The notes under the pieces: model-generated | What the model was told of the DNA's origin: nothing | What the model saw: the letters and a program-made list of their open reading frames with translations, nothing else | The model's database searches: none | NCBI GenBank assembly: GCA_050084515.1 | Contig: CM114271.1 | Span: 32,054,001-32,118,000, forward strand | Direction of reading: 5' to 3' | DNA length: 64,000 bases | From: Blasia pusilla | Lineage: Eukaryota | Shown: in pieces, positions 39,401 to 53,084 of the stretch | Position numbering within the stretch: position 1 is the stretch's first letter | How the letters are laid out: every line of letters starts with the position of its first letter | Position numbers and translations under genes: made by a program

Positions 39401-40468
39401 TAACACGCTCCAAATGTCGAACTCTTGCAAATTAGGTCACAACAGAAACCTGACGTTCAGTTCTTCTTACGGTGGAGGAAGATCCAGAGCCTTGCTCACA
39501 AGATCGATCACATTTCCACCTTCCTTGAGCAGCATGTGTTCAACACGGGGTGGTCCCTGATCTGCAGGGCAAGGCAGGAGACGACCATACTCGACCAGCC
39601 TGCGTCATTCGCAAGAAGAGAGCTGCTTAGGAGAACGGTAGTCTACATGTAAAGAGAATTTCCAAACACTTGCCAGTCAGAAACCAATATTCCATTCCCT
39701 GATTTCTAAGTGCCCAGTCAGGAACTGCAAACGAGAACCAGTTCTAGTCCAAGCCTTGAACGAGGAAAATTTTGGAGACAGAGCACTTGCCAGTAGTAAG
39801 AATCCCAAGGTACTCCTAATTACGAAGTTTCTTTTATATTCCCCTATCGATGGGATGCAGTGATAGGGAATGAGTGTGAACCACCTGTCTCTGGGATGTC
39901 AGTTTGAGAGCCTCGGGGTGGCATTCGTACATCACTAAGGTCTTCGACACCCATATAGATTCATGAGAATTCTGTACTGAAGAGAGTTAAGCACACTTTG
40001 CGCAATTTTTTATGCTCTTCTATTTCCATTAATACCATTTGGACAAAGCGGCTAAAAAAAGGGCAGCAACCATCACCTTCGTGCGGGAGAATCCTGGTCA
40101 GCAGTCTTCAAGCTTGCGAATTTCGACTGATAAGCAAAATCTGGTAATTGGATTGCAACATCTGAAGCTCGAACATGGTAAGCACAGGCCCTAGTAAACG
40201 ATTGAGGGCGCTGGTAACACAATTCCGAACTCCGCTTTGTCCTGGGCAGGCTCGCTTTACTACAGCTAAAGACATATGCAGGCGAAGCGCAAGAAATCGA
40301 TCGAGCCAGCTCCCGGCTCATCATTACAGAAGAGAACATTGTGTACTGGCTCCTGTTGAGGAGAGGCTTCAAGTTTTGTAAAGTAGTACCCATCCCACCG
40401 TGGGGATAGTTTTCGCCTCGACTATAGATGCAGTTATCAAGGAGCCGGTTATGGAATCCCGAAAGCAT
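36493..40468 (-). CDS. RluA-family RNA pseudouridine synthase, chloroplast-type (similar to plant RNA pseudouridine synthase 6). Exons: 40468-40077, 39599-39471, 39293-39039, 38601-38520, 38225-38110, 37885-37831, 37655-37544, 37299-37130, 36798-36493
   Basis: GT-AG introns join in frame: YGRLLPCP..PPRVEH, RVHVHPKRSPRCY, VILDKPAGVSVGGTVDN, THQIDTCTEGCVVLAK (catalytic Asp), KKIYRAL, LELLTGRTHQVRTQLAALGSPIVGDSMY. The N-terminus is Ser/Arg-rich and transit-peptide-like. The exact start codon is uncertain. Confidence 0.9.
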
Positions 40469-40948
40469 TCAAACTCTTGGAATAGAGGAGCCCGGGAAAT
40501 GAGTGTGGGTAATTTCGAAACATCACCGGTTCACCAGTGACAACCTCTACAATTCGACATTCCACCATAGATTACCTCCCGACAGTAGTAAAGTGCCCTT
40601 GCATGGGTTTAGGGTTTTTTTTAAATGTTAACGAACGTAGACATACAAATGTTTAAGTAGGGGTTTTGCTCTAAATGTGTGTTAAATGGTGGGATTTCTA
40701 AAAATTTAATTTTCTTCAAGTATTTCCTCACATATTATATTTTATGTATAATTGTTTATATTATTATGGAATAAAATTATTATTTTTAAATACCTTTATG
40801 TTTAATATATAATAATTAGACAATAAGAAAATGTTTCATATACTCCGGGCAGTAAAAAAGAAATTTGAATTTGTGTGTAACATTTTTTTTTATTTTCACA
40901 GGTAAATTTTTTTATTAATAGAAACGAAGAAAAATAAATTAAAAACCC

Positions 40949-42370
40949 CTAGTTTCCCGAGTAGTGAAATAGTCGAGAGCTACAGCGGTAGCGCATTCTC
41001 ATATGTTGAGTTATCTCCATATTCAGGTTCCATCGAAGCTCTTCTGTGAACGCACGGACATATTAGGCCACTTTGCATCTCTAAGTTTTATAAAGATTTC
41101 AGTGATTTCGTCACTTTCTATTTTCTTACACTTCCTTATTTTAATATTCATCATTTCCATTGGTAATATGGATGGAACTTCTCTTTTCTACTCTAGATAA
41201 TGCTACATATAATGGACCATGAGAAAATAAAGGAGTTGACAAGTAAATGCCAACTTTTTGCAAAGTTTGACCTTGAGACTTTGTAATAGTCATAGCAAAA
41301 GTCGGCCAAATAAGGAATTGAAACCTACATAAATCAAATGGCAAACCAGAGTCATATGCAATCAATGGGAAATGTGGAATAAAAAATTGATCTCCAATAT
41401 TCTTCTTTTTGATGATTTCAACATCAATGCAATGTTGCAAAAATTCACGAATCACCAATCTAGTCCCGTTTGGTTGTCCATGTGAATCATTCATGTTTCG
41501 TAAGAGCATGATTGGTGCACCAATCTTATGACACAAACGATGCGAAGGTAATCCAAAAGGCAAGCATGTGTTCAAAAATTCAGTTAGATAGATATGACTC
41601 ATCCCCGTATTTGGAATAGAATCAACGTTGAGGTAAACATGCTCCTATACATAATATATGTAGTGAATTGGTGAGAAGAAGTAATATTACTATACAAACT
41701 TCCCAAAAATAAAAGTTCCAATAAGAGAATAGATATATATGTATTATATGTATGCATGTTCAGAGGATTACCTGTCCAGGAAACCAAGACATGACATCTC
41801 CATTTATTTTGTCAACATCCCTATTTATGGGTGTCAAAATAGTCGTATCTCTCAAGAAATCAATGTCATGGAATCGACTAGAAGAATTGCGATAGATCAA
41901 ATCAATAAGATCGCATATATCTTATTACTTTTACTGACAATTCCAAGTGGTAATTGTATAAAGTCTTGTCCCAAATGAGGATGCAAAGGTACACGACCCT
42001 CTCCCACTTCCAATAACCAATCGGTAAAAGCTTGTCATTCCATACGCAAATGACCTTCCAATCTTTGAACTCATATGTTTCTTGTCAACTTCATGACCTT
42101 TATATTAGACCAAAGAGATGATCTCTTTATAATGGCTTGGACAATTCGCAGTCGATCCCCATGACGAACAACATGCAAAACTTGATAAAAGTCACCACCA
42201 AATATCATAAGTTTTCCACCAAATTGATAATTATCGTAGATCATGACAGACCCTTTCCATAACATCTTGTAAAGTGTGATTCACGGCCTCGAATGCATGA
42301 CGATGAGTCATACGTGCTTCATCCCATATAATGAGGATCGTATTACCAATTAAGTTCATTTCGTCACTAT
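40949..42370 (-). mobile_element. Helitron remnant (PIF1 helicase pseudogene)
   Basis: LIIWDEARM, FGGK..IFGGDFYQVL, IMLLRN...NGTRL, FAMTITKSQGQTL, FSHGPLYVALSRV. A possible 3' CTAG at 40949-40952 follows short hairpins (weak). Confidence 0.8.
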
Positions 42371-42500
42371 TGATTGATAAACTACAAATGACATAGGGAA
42401 GTAAATTAGCGTACGTAATACTTATGAGATTTTGTTATTGAGAGAGTTAGACGTAATGCATATAATAACACTCACTTGCAAGTAGAGCTCTCATTAATAT

Positions 42501-42604
42501 TGTCGTGCGAATCCACATCGTCATACAACATACATCGCTGGCATACCATACTCACATACATACATAACATATACGAGAGTATCCACAAACACAAGTGTAC
42601 CACA
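42501..42604 (-). repeat. 104-bp TG...CA direct repeat (LTR B), copy 1
   Basis: Near-identical to 42977-43080. Confidence 0.8.
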
Positions 42605-42627
42605 ACTGAAATTCGTGAAAGACCTAT

Positions 42628-42974
42628 TGTCATAAAACACGTATAGAATCATATACAATCGAGCCAAACCCACTCCACGATGGGAGAATCTAGGTCGAAG
42701 CTTGCGGGAAACATCATAGCCAAGGTCTCTACTCACTACCAAGGCTAACTCCCAACGCAACAGGCTCAACTCAAAGAACTGACTATTCTTTGAATGCACT
42801 CCACCTTATATCCTCCAACCTAAGAGCGAGCCCTACTGGGAAAGTCACCCCCAACTGAGTAACCCCCAACCCTATGTATGAAACCGCATTTCTACCAAGC
42901 CACTACGGTCCTACATAAGGAATGGCCTCTACTAGCACACTATACTCTACGACATAATCCGTATGGTCATGACA
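42628..42974 (-). repeat. LTR (family A)
   Basis: TGTCAT...ATGACA termini. Shares the adjacent GAAAGACCTA flank with the 20385 copy. Confidence 0.9.
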
Positions 42975-42976
42975 GC

Positions 42977-45900
42977 TGTCGTTCGAATCCACATCGTCAT
43001 ACAACATACATCGCTGACATACCATACTCACATACATACATAACATAGACGAGAGTATCCACAAAGACAAGTGTACCACAACTCGCCCCCCTAACTGGCG
43101 GTTAGGTCCCTCTAACTCCCAAGTAGCCCTATACATCTACTACATGCTATACACTTTCTTGGGTGCCTGAATCAGAAGGCCGGGTGCTAGGTTGCCCCAT
43201 CGTTAGTCGCACATCTGTAATCCATATCATGCAAAGATCAAGTCATCTACCTCTCCTAAGTACATCGAGTACAAACCCACCTTCCAATAGGAACAACATC
43301 CATACGTGGAGTCAAACACATCATGTGCCAACCCCTAGAACACCGATCACACACCAACATACGGGTTGCGTTACCAGCAGACCCACACAACATGCACCTC
43401 AAGCTAGCACATATCATGGCTAAGCTTGGGTCAACAGTACCATCCACATTTGGAAGATGACATGGCGCATAATTACGCACATGGTCCTTCCAAACAACTC
43501 CATCACGACCCTCCAACATGAGAACTCCAGAAGCTAACACCTCGCGCACTCGTAAAATAGGTTGGCATGCCGTCACATCCAACGTTGTCGGTGCAATCTG
43601 CTGCAAATAGACATAGTCCCCCACATGGAACCTATGAATCGATGGTCGATAACCTCCACCCCGAATGGTTGCATACCGCAACGTATCCCTGTGTTGAGCA
43701 AAGGCAAGATTCTCAAAGGTTGTTGGCATAACTCTCCGAAAGAGCTCTGCCCGCTGAGAACACACTCTCATCTACATCTCTGGGTCATCAAGGTTCACCA
43801 CCTCACTAGACTCCCGACGAATTGCTGTTGGCAAGTCTGGATCTCGGCCGTATAACAGAAAATAAGGTGAGAAGGAAGACAAGGATGCTTGGCGACTGAA
43901 CCTATACCCCATGGCTAACCATGGCAACTGAATATCCCAATCTCCAAGATGCCCCTTCTGTAGGCCATACTTGCGCAATGCCCTCTTCACTGTCTAAACC
44001 ACACGCTCAGCCAAACCATCCGCCTCTGGATGATCTCGAGACGTGGTCCGATGATCAATCAACGCCTTGTCACACAAGACCTGAAACTCACCCTGAAACT
44101 CTGTACCCTGGTCGGTCAGCACTTCAGCTGGTGCACCAAAATGACTAAGCACTCTATCAAGAAACGCATACGCCGTTCCCTGACTTGCCTTGTCCGGTAA
44201 TGCCACCAACTCAATCCACTTGGAGAAGTGCTCCACCATCACCAACACATATCGATGATGTCGTACAGTCAACGGTAACGGTCCCGCAAAGTCCACACGC
44301 CAACAGTAACCCAACCCCATAATAGGCAAGGGGTGTAATTATGGTGTAGGGGCATTGAATGATACCCTCACACGGTCACAAACCATACAACGTGACACCA
44401 ACTGCTGCACCTGAGTATGCATGCCACGCCACCAATACTGGCCAAGGAGTAAGCTATACGTACACTTTACCCCAAAATGTCCCAACTCCTGATGGGCATG
44501 TCGCACAATGCGCTCTCTCTGAGCCAAATGTGGCACTACTCTTACTCTACCATCCTCCCACACGCGGAGAATATGTGTTCCCTCCAATCCATACCTCTTA
44601 GCACGTTGAAGAACACGGTCTCACTCCTTGGCACTCACTATGCTTGGCACCCTACTGGTCCATAGGAACTCCAACACCAACGCATCATCATGAATATCAC
44701 GCTCATCCGTACCACCATCTCCAACCTTAGGATCTGAAGGCTAGCTATCTACCCTCTGACTAGAGTAAGATATCATGTGATCCTCCATACTAGAGTCCAC
44801 CCCTAACCAACATAAAAAGGCAGATGCATGCCAACCTGGCACCATCTCCTCATCAACCTCGCCATGCCATCTAGCCCCAGTTGTATCCTCTTGGCTAGTA
44901 CATGGGTTCCTACTCAACCCATTAGCATCAAGGTTGGCAACTCCAGGTCTATGTACCACCTGGAAGTCATACTCCTGTAAGATAAGAGCCCACCGTGTGA
45001 GCTTCCCTGTAAGCTTGTCAGACTCCATCAACCACTTGAGCGGCTGATGATCAGTAACAAGGGTAAACTGTGTGCCAAACAAGTAACACCTAAAGTGTGC
45101 CACAGCCCACACTACTGCCAAGCACTCTCCCTCATATGAACTATAGCGCGACTCCGCTGCATTATTCGAACGACTTGCAGAGGCCACCACAAACTCCATG
45201 TGCTCATCATCATGTTGTGTCAACACCGCTCCAAATCCTAACCTACTCCAATCAGTGTGTAACTGAAATGGGCGCCCTCTGATAGGTCTCCTCGAGATAG
45301 GCGCCGCCACCAACTGGGCCTTAAGCTCCACAAAAGCTCTCTCCTGATCATCTCCCCAGTGCCACTCTTGATCTGATTTCAGCAATAGGTTCAAAGGCTT
45401 TGCCATAGCACTAAATCCTTCACATACCTCCAATAGTAGTTCGCCAATCCCATGAATGCCCGAACTCTACTCACATCTACCGGACGCGGAATAAGTGCAA
45501 TAGCCTCCACCTTTGCTTGCTGAACTCCCAAACCACCTGGATAGATCACATGACCCAAGTACTCAACATCCTCATGGAAGAACTTACACTTTCTTGGATG
45601 CAAACGTAGACCATGAGCTTTCAACCGCTCAAACACCATCTTCAAATGTATCTGATGCACCTCCACCGTGTTACTGAACACCAAGATATCATCAATGTAA
45701 CACCGAACAAAATCAAACCCTTCTAGGATCCTGTCCATCACTCTCTGAAACTCGGCAGGTGCATTCTTCAACCCAAAGGGTAAGAATTTCCACTGGTACA
45801 AACAATCCTTGCCATGAGAGTTGACACCCCAAAATGTTGTCTTGGCCTTGTCACTCTCCCGAATCGGCAATTGATGGTATCCTGCCCGAAGATCCAAAGT

Positions 45901-46320
45901 ACTGAAAATCTTTTCCTGTCCCACCACATCAAAGATCTCCTCAGGTGTAGGCATGGCATACCTATCGGCCTTGGTTTGCTAATTGATAGGACGGTAATCT
46001 CCACACATCCGCCTATCCGTGTAGTTTCCATGCATATCCTTTTTAGCAGGCATGACAGTGGCTGATGCATACTCTCCATGCGACAACTCCACTAATCCAG
46101 CCTCCAAAAGGTCCAACGTCCTACTCTGAATCAGGTTCCTCTCCATATCACTATATCGGTAGGGACGACGGAAGATTGGCGTATGACTAGCCAAATCAAT
46201 CCATATACCGGGTCCAACCAGAGAACCCAACTCCTTCATGCTAAAGGCAAAACAACTCCTATAAGCACGTAGGAACTGTGTCAAGCGTCATTTCTCACCT
46301 CCCATAAGCTTGGGCCCAAG
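42977..46320 (-). mobile_element. Ty3/Gypsy pol (RT, RNase H, integrase, C-terminal PHD finger), PPT and 3' LTR B; frameshifted
   Basis: RMCGDYRPIN, FSTLDLRAGYHQ, LPFGLKNAP, YIDD, LHTDWS, GECLAVVWAV, TDHQPL, H..LGH...C..C, VDFAGP, TDQGTEF, DGLAER. PHD CMLC...CDRC..GWHMMCL..W.C..C. PPT AGTTAGGGGGGCGAGT at 43081-43096. Confidence 0.93.
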
Positions 46321-47024
46321 TAATGGATTGAGATCATCCACCTTCTCCGGGTACATGTTGACATCAATCTTGGGTTGAATACAAAATGCGAAGGTCTCTG
46401 TAATGCGAACATGCTTCAAACTTCCTCTGTCTAAGAGTCAGAAACCGGCACTTGTAAGATTGTCCACTTCGTCTTGAGTGCAATTCGTACCTGCAGCGAT
46501 GGGCCAAATCGTGGGGGTATTCCCCGGAGCTCCAATGGCAGCCGGATAAGACTTCCGGAAAGCGCAAGATTCATTTCGGCAGAAGAAGTACTTCAATTTG
46601 TCCCCGGTCTTCGTGAAACGATCAAAGGTTTTGAGTCACCAAAACCCAGGCAGTGGTCGTCCAGTCCTTGTAAAGTTCTTATTTAGGAAAGTGCCGCATG
46701 CTCTCCCAATGCCATCAGATCCTGCCTTGCAAGTGGGTCCACGTCCAGCGTTGCTCCGAGATGTATGCCGCCATTTCAGATTGCAATCCACCTCCATGAC
46801 CGGAATCCCTTATTGTTGAACCACCCCAGCAACCGCATGTTGCGAACTTCTAGCAACGAGGGGCTTTTGAAATAAAACATTCATTGATTTTGGAGAAGTT
46901 ACCCTATCACGGATTTGGGAGCGGTCCGGGGTCCCCGAATACCTGGGCGGCATAATTTCCTCATCCATATCAATCACCGGATTCATTCCTCAATGCTGCC
47001 TCTTCAATTGCCTGAAGTCAAGAT
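46321..47024 (-). mobile_element. Fragment of the MULE-like SWIM-transposase gene
   Basis: Colinear with 12259-12968. Confidence 0.8.
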
Positions 47025-50000
47025 ATGGTAAATGGTAAATAGATCAAGCCCGTGGGACCCAAAGGGTCAAAAGGCTGAAAAACACATTACAAGTCATTCA
47101 TGCACTGACCCTGAAAAAGATCGTTAAGACCTTCTCCTAGCTACAACCTAGAGCACTTGAGCGATGAATAATGACGTCCCTAATATAACAACCTAAATCA
47201 TACGGCACTAGTTGTAGTAAAGAATAGAAATTCTCCACATCTATTTTATGAGCTAGTCTAATCTCTTCATACCTTGGACATGTAACGAACACATGCTCTT
47301 CATCCTCAATATTTTCTCCGTCACATAACCTACAAATTCGTTCACTTCTATCAATTTTAAACCATCGTCCTTCCTCAATTCCTAGCCCATATATGAGACC
47401 CAATTCTATGACGTGCGATAATATGTCGTAAGAACGTGGAGATCCCTACAAGTAGGTATCCTTGTTCACAATATACAAGCATAGGATTAACATGAAGTTG
47501 ATAAAACTCCATTTTGGTGCCCAGACTGCTCCAAAAGATGTTGAGAGATTGTTTCCGTAGATGCTCACGGAGGGCCATCGGTTTCAAGTCCCAATCGCGT
47601 TCCGCCACATTCCACTTTGAAGACCAAGTCACCACATCCGCCATCCACCCTATGGAACGTGTGCCTCGCAAAGCTTGATGAGGGAGGCGAGAAACATCAA
47701 GAGATCTCACTCTTGCGATGTAAGTGATGGTCAAGTAAAGAGCTTCAGCTTCTAGAGGAAGAAAACTTGTTTCCGCAAGAAGAATAGCATACGGAGTTTG
47801 GTTTCTTACACCCAATTCTTCTTGTAGAAAAATCTTTTGCACTCTTTCCACGCGCTCCCAACATGTCTTCTTACAACAAGGGCCCCAAACTTGGGTCCCA
47901 TATAAGATCACCGGCAACACTAAGCTCCTAAATAAGAATTTCCTAAGACTCCAAAACACAAGATGAGCTCTTCTACACCGGTTTAAAAATGAATATAGAG
48001 CTTTGTAACCAGCTTCTACTCTCTTTTGCACGCAAAGTGCCCAACTATAATCATGAGAGAAATCGATGCCTAGATATTTGTAACTCTTCACTTGTTCTAA
48101 TTGTAGACCTTTGTAAAAGAACAAGAACTTGGATCTAGTACCCACTATAATGACTTTAGACTTGTCCATATTAACCTCCATCTGATTTTGGGTACAAAAC
48201 CTTGCCAAAGTGTCGAGGTGCTTTTGTAAACTAATGCCATCACGTGCCAGTAATATGATACCATCTGCATACAATAGAGTTTTGATGACAAACTCCCCAA
48301 GCTTGACACCTTCACTATCACATTCCTCCAACCACTTTTCGATATCATCTATGAAAACTCCAAAAAGTGTAGGGGAGAGAGGGCAACCTTGAATGACTCT
48401 AATGGTACTCAAGATCTCTTGAGTTTGTGAACCTTTGATCTTGGCCCAAACGGAATGGTATAACGTGGCCACGGCTGCTAGGAGATCTGATGGTACTCCA
48501 ATGGCTTGCAGCCTTTCCCATAAGAGCATGCGAGGTACAGTATCAAAAGCTTTCTTGAAATCGATGAAGCCGCAAAATAAAGCTTTTCCATTGCCCTTAA
48601 ATTTCTCCCATAAAACACGCAAGGCCAAGATATGGTCGATGGTGTTGTATGTTGGACGAAAACCAGCTTGGACCCGTGCTCTCTTTTGGAAAGTCTCTGT
48701 CCATGTGCTCAACTTCGACTCCACCAATTTCCCAAACAACTTGGCAAAAAAACTATCCACCATGATAGTGCCATAGTTTGTTACCAAGTCCTTCCTTCCT
48801 GATTTGTGAATAGGAACAATCTCCCGTAGCGACCAGGTTGAAGGAAAACCATAGATAGCAGCATCACCCAATACTTTGGTGAGGATCGGACCAATACAAT
48901 CTCCTCCCCACTTGAAAAAGTTCAATAGAAAGACCATCCAAATCCTCACATTTACCATTCGCCAATCTTCTAAGTTTAGTCATCACCTCTCCTTCAGAGA
49001 ATAAGCCAAGTATTCCTCCACAACGTGGCATAGATGTAGCATCGGGGAAGAAATAGAGCTTTTCGGCAAAAGATATCAAAGATTTGGGATCAAGAATAGG
49101 TTTTGAAGACCGAACTAGTAATTGTCTCCAAAATGATTTGGGGTCCTCATGCAGCTCCCTTGTCAAAGACTCTTGTTTCCGTCGCAAGAAAGCTCGTTTC
49201 TTAGATTTCACCAAGTATTTGTAAAGGCTTGTCATAATAAGCCGACTTGGGATATCCAAAGATTTATCAACTGATCGTGCCCTTGCTTGCTTGCATTCAG
49301 AGTCAAACCACCCATTACAAGGCAGCCTCCTAGCACTTCTATCCTTGTGGCGCGAAAAGAACTTAGATGCACTATTTTTGAGCAATTCGGTTAGTTGCAT
49401 ACTTGCCGTGTTTGGATCCCGGCTCCATACAATGCGAGTCAAGAGTTCTTGTAAATGTAGCATATAAAGATCTTTTTTACCGGGATCTAAGCGAAACTTG
49501 GGAGAAACTAAAATAGATTGACATATCGAGAGAGGAATGGCCTTTGATAGTGAGAGAGTAAACAAAAGAGGTGCATGATATGATTCAGGCTGAGGTTCTA
49601 GAATATCAAATTTAGAGATAAGAGAGCTATCAGCGGGCGAGGACAGAAGATAATCGATGGTGCTAGCGCCGGTAGAGGAGAAACACGTATTGGAGTGAGA
49701 ATTGGGAAATTGAGAACTTTCAAATTACAAGTGGCTCCAAAGGTTAAAAAATGCTTTGTCAAAGGATTTGTAGAAAGATCTGAAGAGGTTCTAGACCACA
49801 AACCATCCTCATATTCTTCGAGAAGAGGAGAAATCAAGGAATCACTGAATTGGGTAAATTGGGCAATACGTGCGCGAGCATTGAAATCTCCAACTAGAAA
49901 GACTTCACCTTTGCTTTGATATTTGAGAACATCCCGAATAAGTCGGTGGAACGGTTGACTTGGATTGTGAGTGCGTGTTGAGTAGATAGGCATGGAGAGT

Positions 50001-50082
50001 GGTGCAAAATAACAAACTGCCAAATAACAATAAGATCCCCCAGCCAAACCAAGACGTAGCCAATGACATTGGCGCCCGATAT
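47025..50082 (-). mobile_element. LINE, 5'-truncated in APE, with full RT and tail
   Basis: ORFs 49598-50047, 48864-49565, 47375-48958 and 47137-47403. Tail at 47026-47040. Confidence 0.93.
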
Positions 50083-53000
50083 CTCGTCACCAACTCTCCG
50101 AGAACTCTCATCAGGACCCATCGATGGGGTCCTCATCCCCTCGGACAACGTGAAGGACTGAGGAACCCTGGTCTATTTCATGGCTTCCCCTTGCTATGGA
50201 TTCAACTCTGCGGCTGCTCCATGTGTAAAAACTACAGTGGCCTCCATCTGGGCAACCCCACACATCAAACTAGGATCCTCCATATCTCTGGCGGCTCCAT
50301 AAGACGTCGATGCCATATATTCGACATCGAGTAACCTCAATGCCATAGCGGCAATCTACTGCTGTAGTTGCTGGATCTGTTCAACCATCCCAACCTCACG
50401 CTCGGCGTCTCCCTCAAAGTGTCTAGGTGGTGGGACTCTACCTTCTCCACATGAAACTCCACCATCCCCTCAGGCAAATCCAACTCCTTGTCCCCCAACA
50501 AGACCACCTGGTGCACGACCTCTAGGCCCATCGAGATCGAGGGCTGGTATTCTGGCAAAAGAGAGTAAGAGAGGAGAGGAAGAGAGGAGAGTCTCTCTTC
50601 AAAAAAAGGGCACAATCCGCCTCCTCTCTTCAAAACTTTTTGACATATTTGAAAATTTTGTTTGCTTTCAAATTCATGAAATCTTTAGAAGAGAGTAGGT
50701 GGTGGTCCACATTCGGGCCTAAAGAAACCTCCTTTTTCCTGGGGGCGAAAAAGAAGTAGACATCATAAGACCACTACAAACATTTTTCCATCACTCTCCA
50801 TGTGAGCCTAAGTTTCTTCATATTGCCTGTCTCAGTCTACAGTAAGCTGTGCTCAGGGCTATTTTTGTTGGAGGACCATTGGCAAATAATTTGACCAGAA
50901 GTAGCAATCTTATCTCAATGAAAGGTTCAAATATAGACCAACTTTGTGAAATGTGAACATAGGAGACGATAATTGAACCAAAAGATTGTTAGCTGTTTGG
51001 AGTAAAGAGGATTTGATGTCCCTTCATTCAGATCCAAAATCTGAGAAACCGAGAAGCTGCACCCCTCCCAATCCGTTGGAATTTTACAGGTTGCAACTCT
51101 TGCAACCCGTTGGAATCAGATGGCTTGCACCCCTTGCAAGCCATTTAGCTCGTTGCTAGAATCTGACCTTGAGCTGTGACGACCCGTCGGACTCCGACAG
51201 GTTGCAGGAACCCATGTAATTTCCTGACGGGTTGAGTTTGGATGTGCAAGATTGTATTGGTGGGGAATGTCACCCACCACTGGATCCAGGACTGCGATCG
51301 GGTGAGGAAGGTGCTTACGACGCATCCGGGAGAGTACAGGGGGTTCTTGGGCGATGCCCTTGTCAATCAGATGCTTGCAAAGGGTGCTCAGATTAAAAAG
51401 AAAACTTGGGCAAATAAGTTTATTTCCCAAGATGCAGCCGTAACCATCCTTTGCTGGTCGAAGATACAGGCCGCGAAGAAGAGCGCTGCACTGGAGCTGG
51501 AGCGGAGGGAGAAGGTATCTGCGTCTGAGCGCGCGAAATTCATCCAAGCTGCAGTATCTGCAGCAACAAAATACACGGCGAGCAAGATGCAGCGATACAT
51601 CAGCATTCTCAACCCCGAACTTGGTCCGGAGTTCTACAAGGAGCTGAAGGCGATTATCAAGCGCCAGCAGAAAAGGGATGAAGATCCGCATGGTCGGATT
51701 GGAGAGAAAGTGTCCCTGGATCGCGTGCATCGGTTTGCGTTGTCCGGGATAAGCGAGTTTAGGAGGATCCGACTGATGAAAATCAGTCTCGAGGGCACAG
51801 AGGCCCAGAAGAGGGCGGCACACCATCCTCCGGGTGTGTCCGATCCAGTGATCTTCCACTGGCTACGCAAATGGTCGTTCTGGGACGCGTTGCGGGTTAT
51901 CGGGAAGTTCGTGCTAGACAGTCTGCAAGCGGAGCTCAGAAGATTAGAGCCCATCCCGGATGAAGCAAACCTTGAAAGTTCTGGAGATTTTGAGGTTTGG
52001 CTCGACGACATCCGGGACAAGCCAACCAAAAACCCAGGATTCAAGACCATGTTCAAGGTTTGCGTCCTCCCTCAGGCAGAGCTTGACGAAGAAGTAGAGG
52101 GGAACAAACGGGATCAAGCGAAGAAGAAGCGAGATCTACAGGAGCAGACGGCCGATTCTGTTCGACTAAAAGCTGCCCAACGGATGGTCTTCAGGTACCT
52201 CGTCCAGTGTAAGAATGCAGGTACGTGGGGAAAATTACCGGTAGCCTTGAAATTGTGGGCTTCGCCGCCGGATGCAGAGACATTCTCCATGTACGACATG
52301 GAGATGGGGCAGCACATGTCCGATTGGGAGGTGGAGAATTGCCCCATTTGGCTCGACTTCAACGACCCTGAAGACATCACCGATAAGGATTTACGAGTGC
52401 TTCATGATGCAGTGGCCTCAGGACAAGACGACATCCCCAATTTCGTCCAGCCTGAAGACTTCTTCGGAGGAGATGCAGAAGAGCAGGCCCACGAGACAGC
52501 TGAGTTGGCTTCCAAGGTCCGCACAGCCAAAGACAAATCCACAGCGGGTCTCAAAGGCAAGGCGAGGGGAGGGAAAAATTCAGAGGCCGAGTCTTCCCAA
52601 AGAGAGGCTGAAGATTCAAGGCCAGAGGCGGAATCGTCCGGGCGAGCGGGGAGAGAGGGTCGGACCAGGTCCTCGGCGAAAAAAACCCCACCAGAGTCTG
52701 AGGTCATAGAGACCCCGACAAGCCGTCCGCAGACTCGGGAGAAGCGGAAGCGAGAGGTGCCAGGGTTGTCCCAAGGAGAATACAGTCCATCATCCTTGGG
52801 AAGACACAGACAAACAACGACCCGGACAAGCGTCCTCCTTCAGTTCACTCCTTTACTGGATGAGCTGAAGAGCTTCAGTTCTCAAGCGTCGACACCAGCC
52901 ATCGATAAATTGAAAACGCTGGGACGGAAGCTCCAACAAAATGGGCACGCTTCCTGGACGGTGAATGGAGTGGTCGAAGAGGTTGCGGTGGATCTCTTGA

Positions 53001-53084
53001 TCGTTGATCTGCCCTCGGGGTTGCGACTTTGGGGCGAGAATCCGTCGGACGAGGTACCTGAGTGGAATGTGCCGCCCTCTTATG

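Noticed and set aside
50530-50538. Target-site duplication for the TIR element
   Set aside because: The left flank (ATCGAGATC) and right flank (CACTTGCAA, LINE sequence) do not match, so the superfamily cannot be fixed from a TSD.
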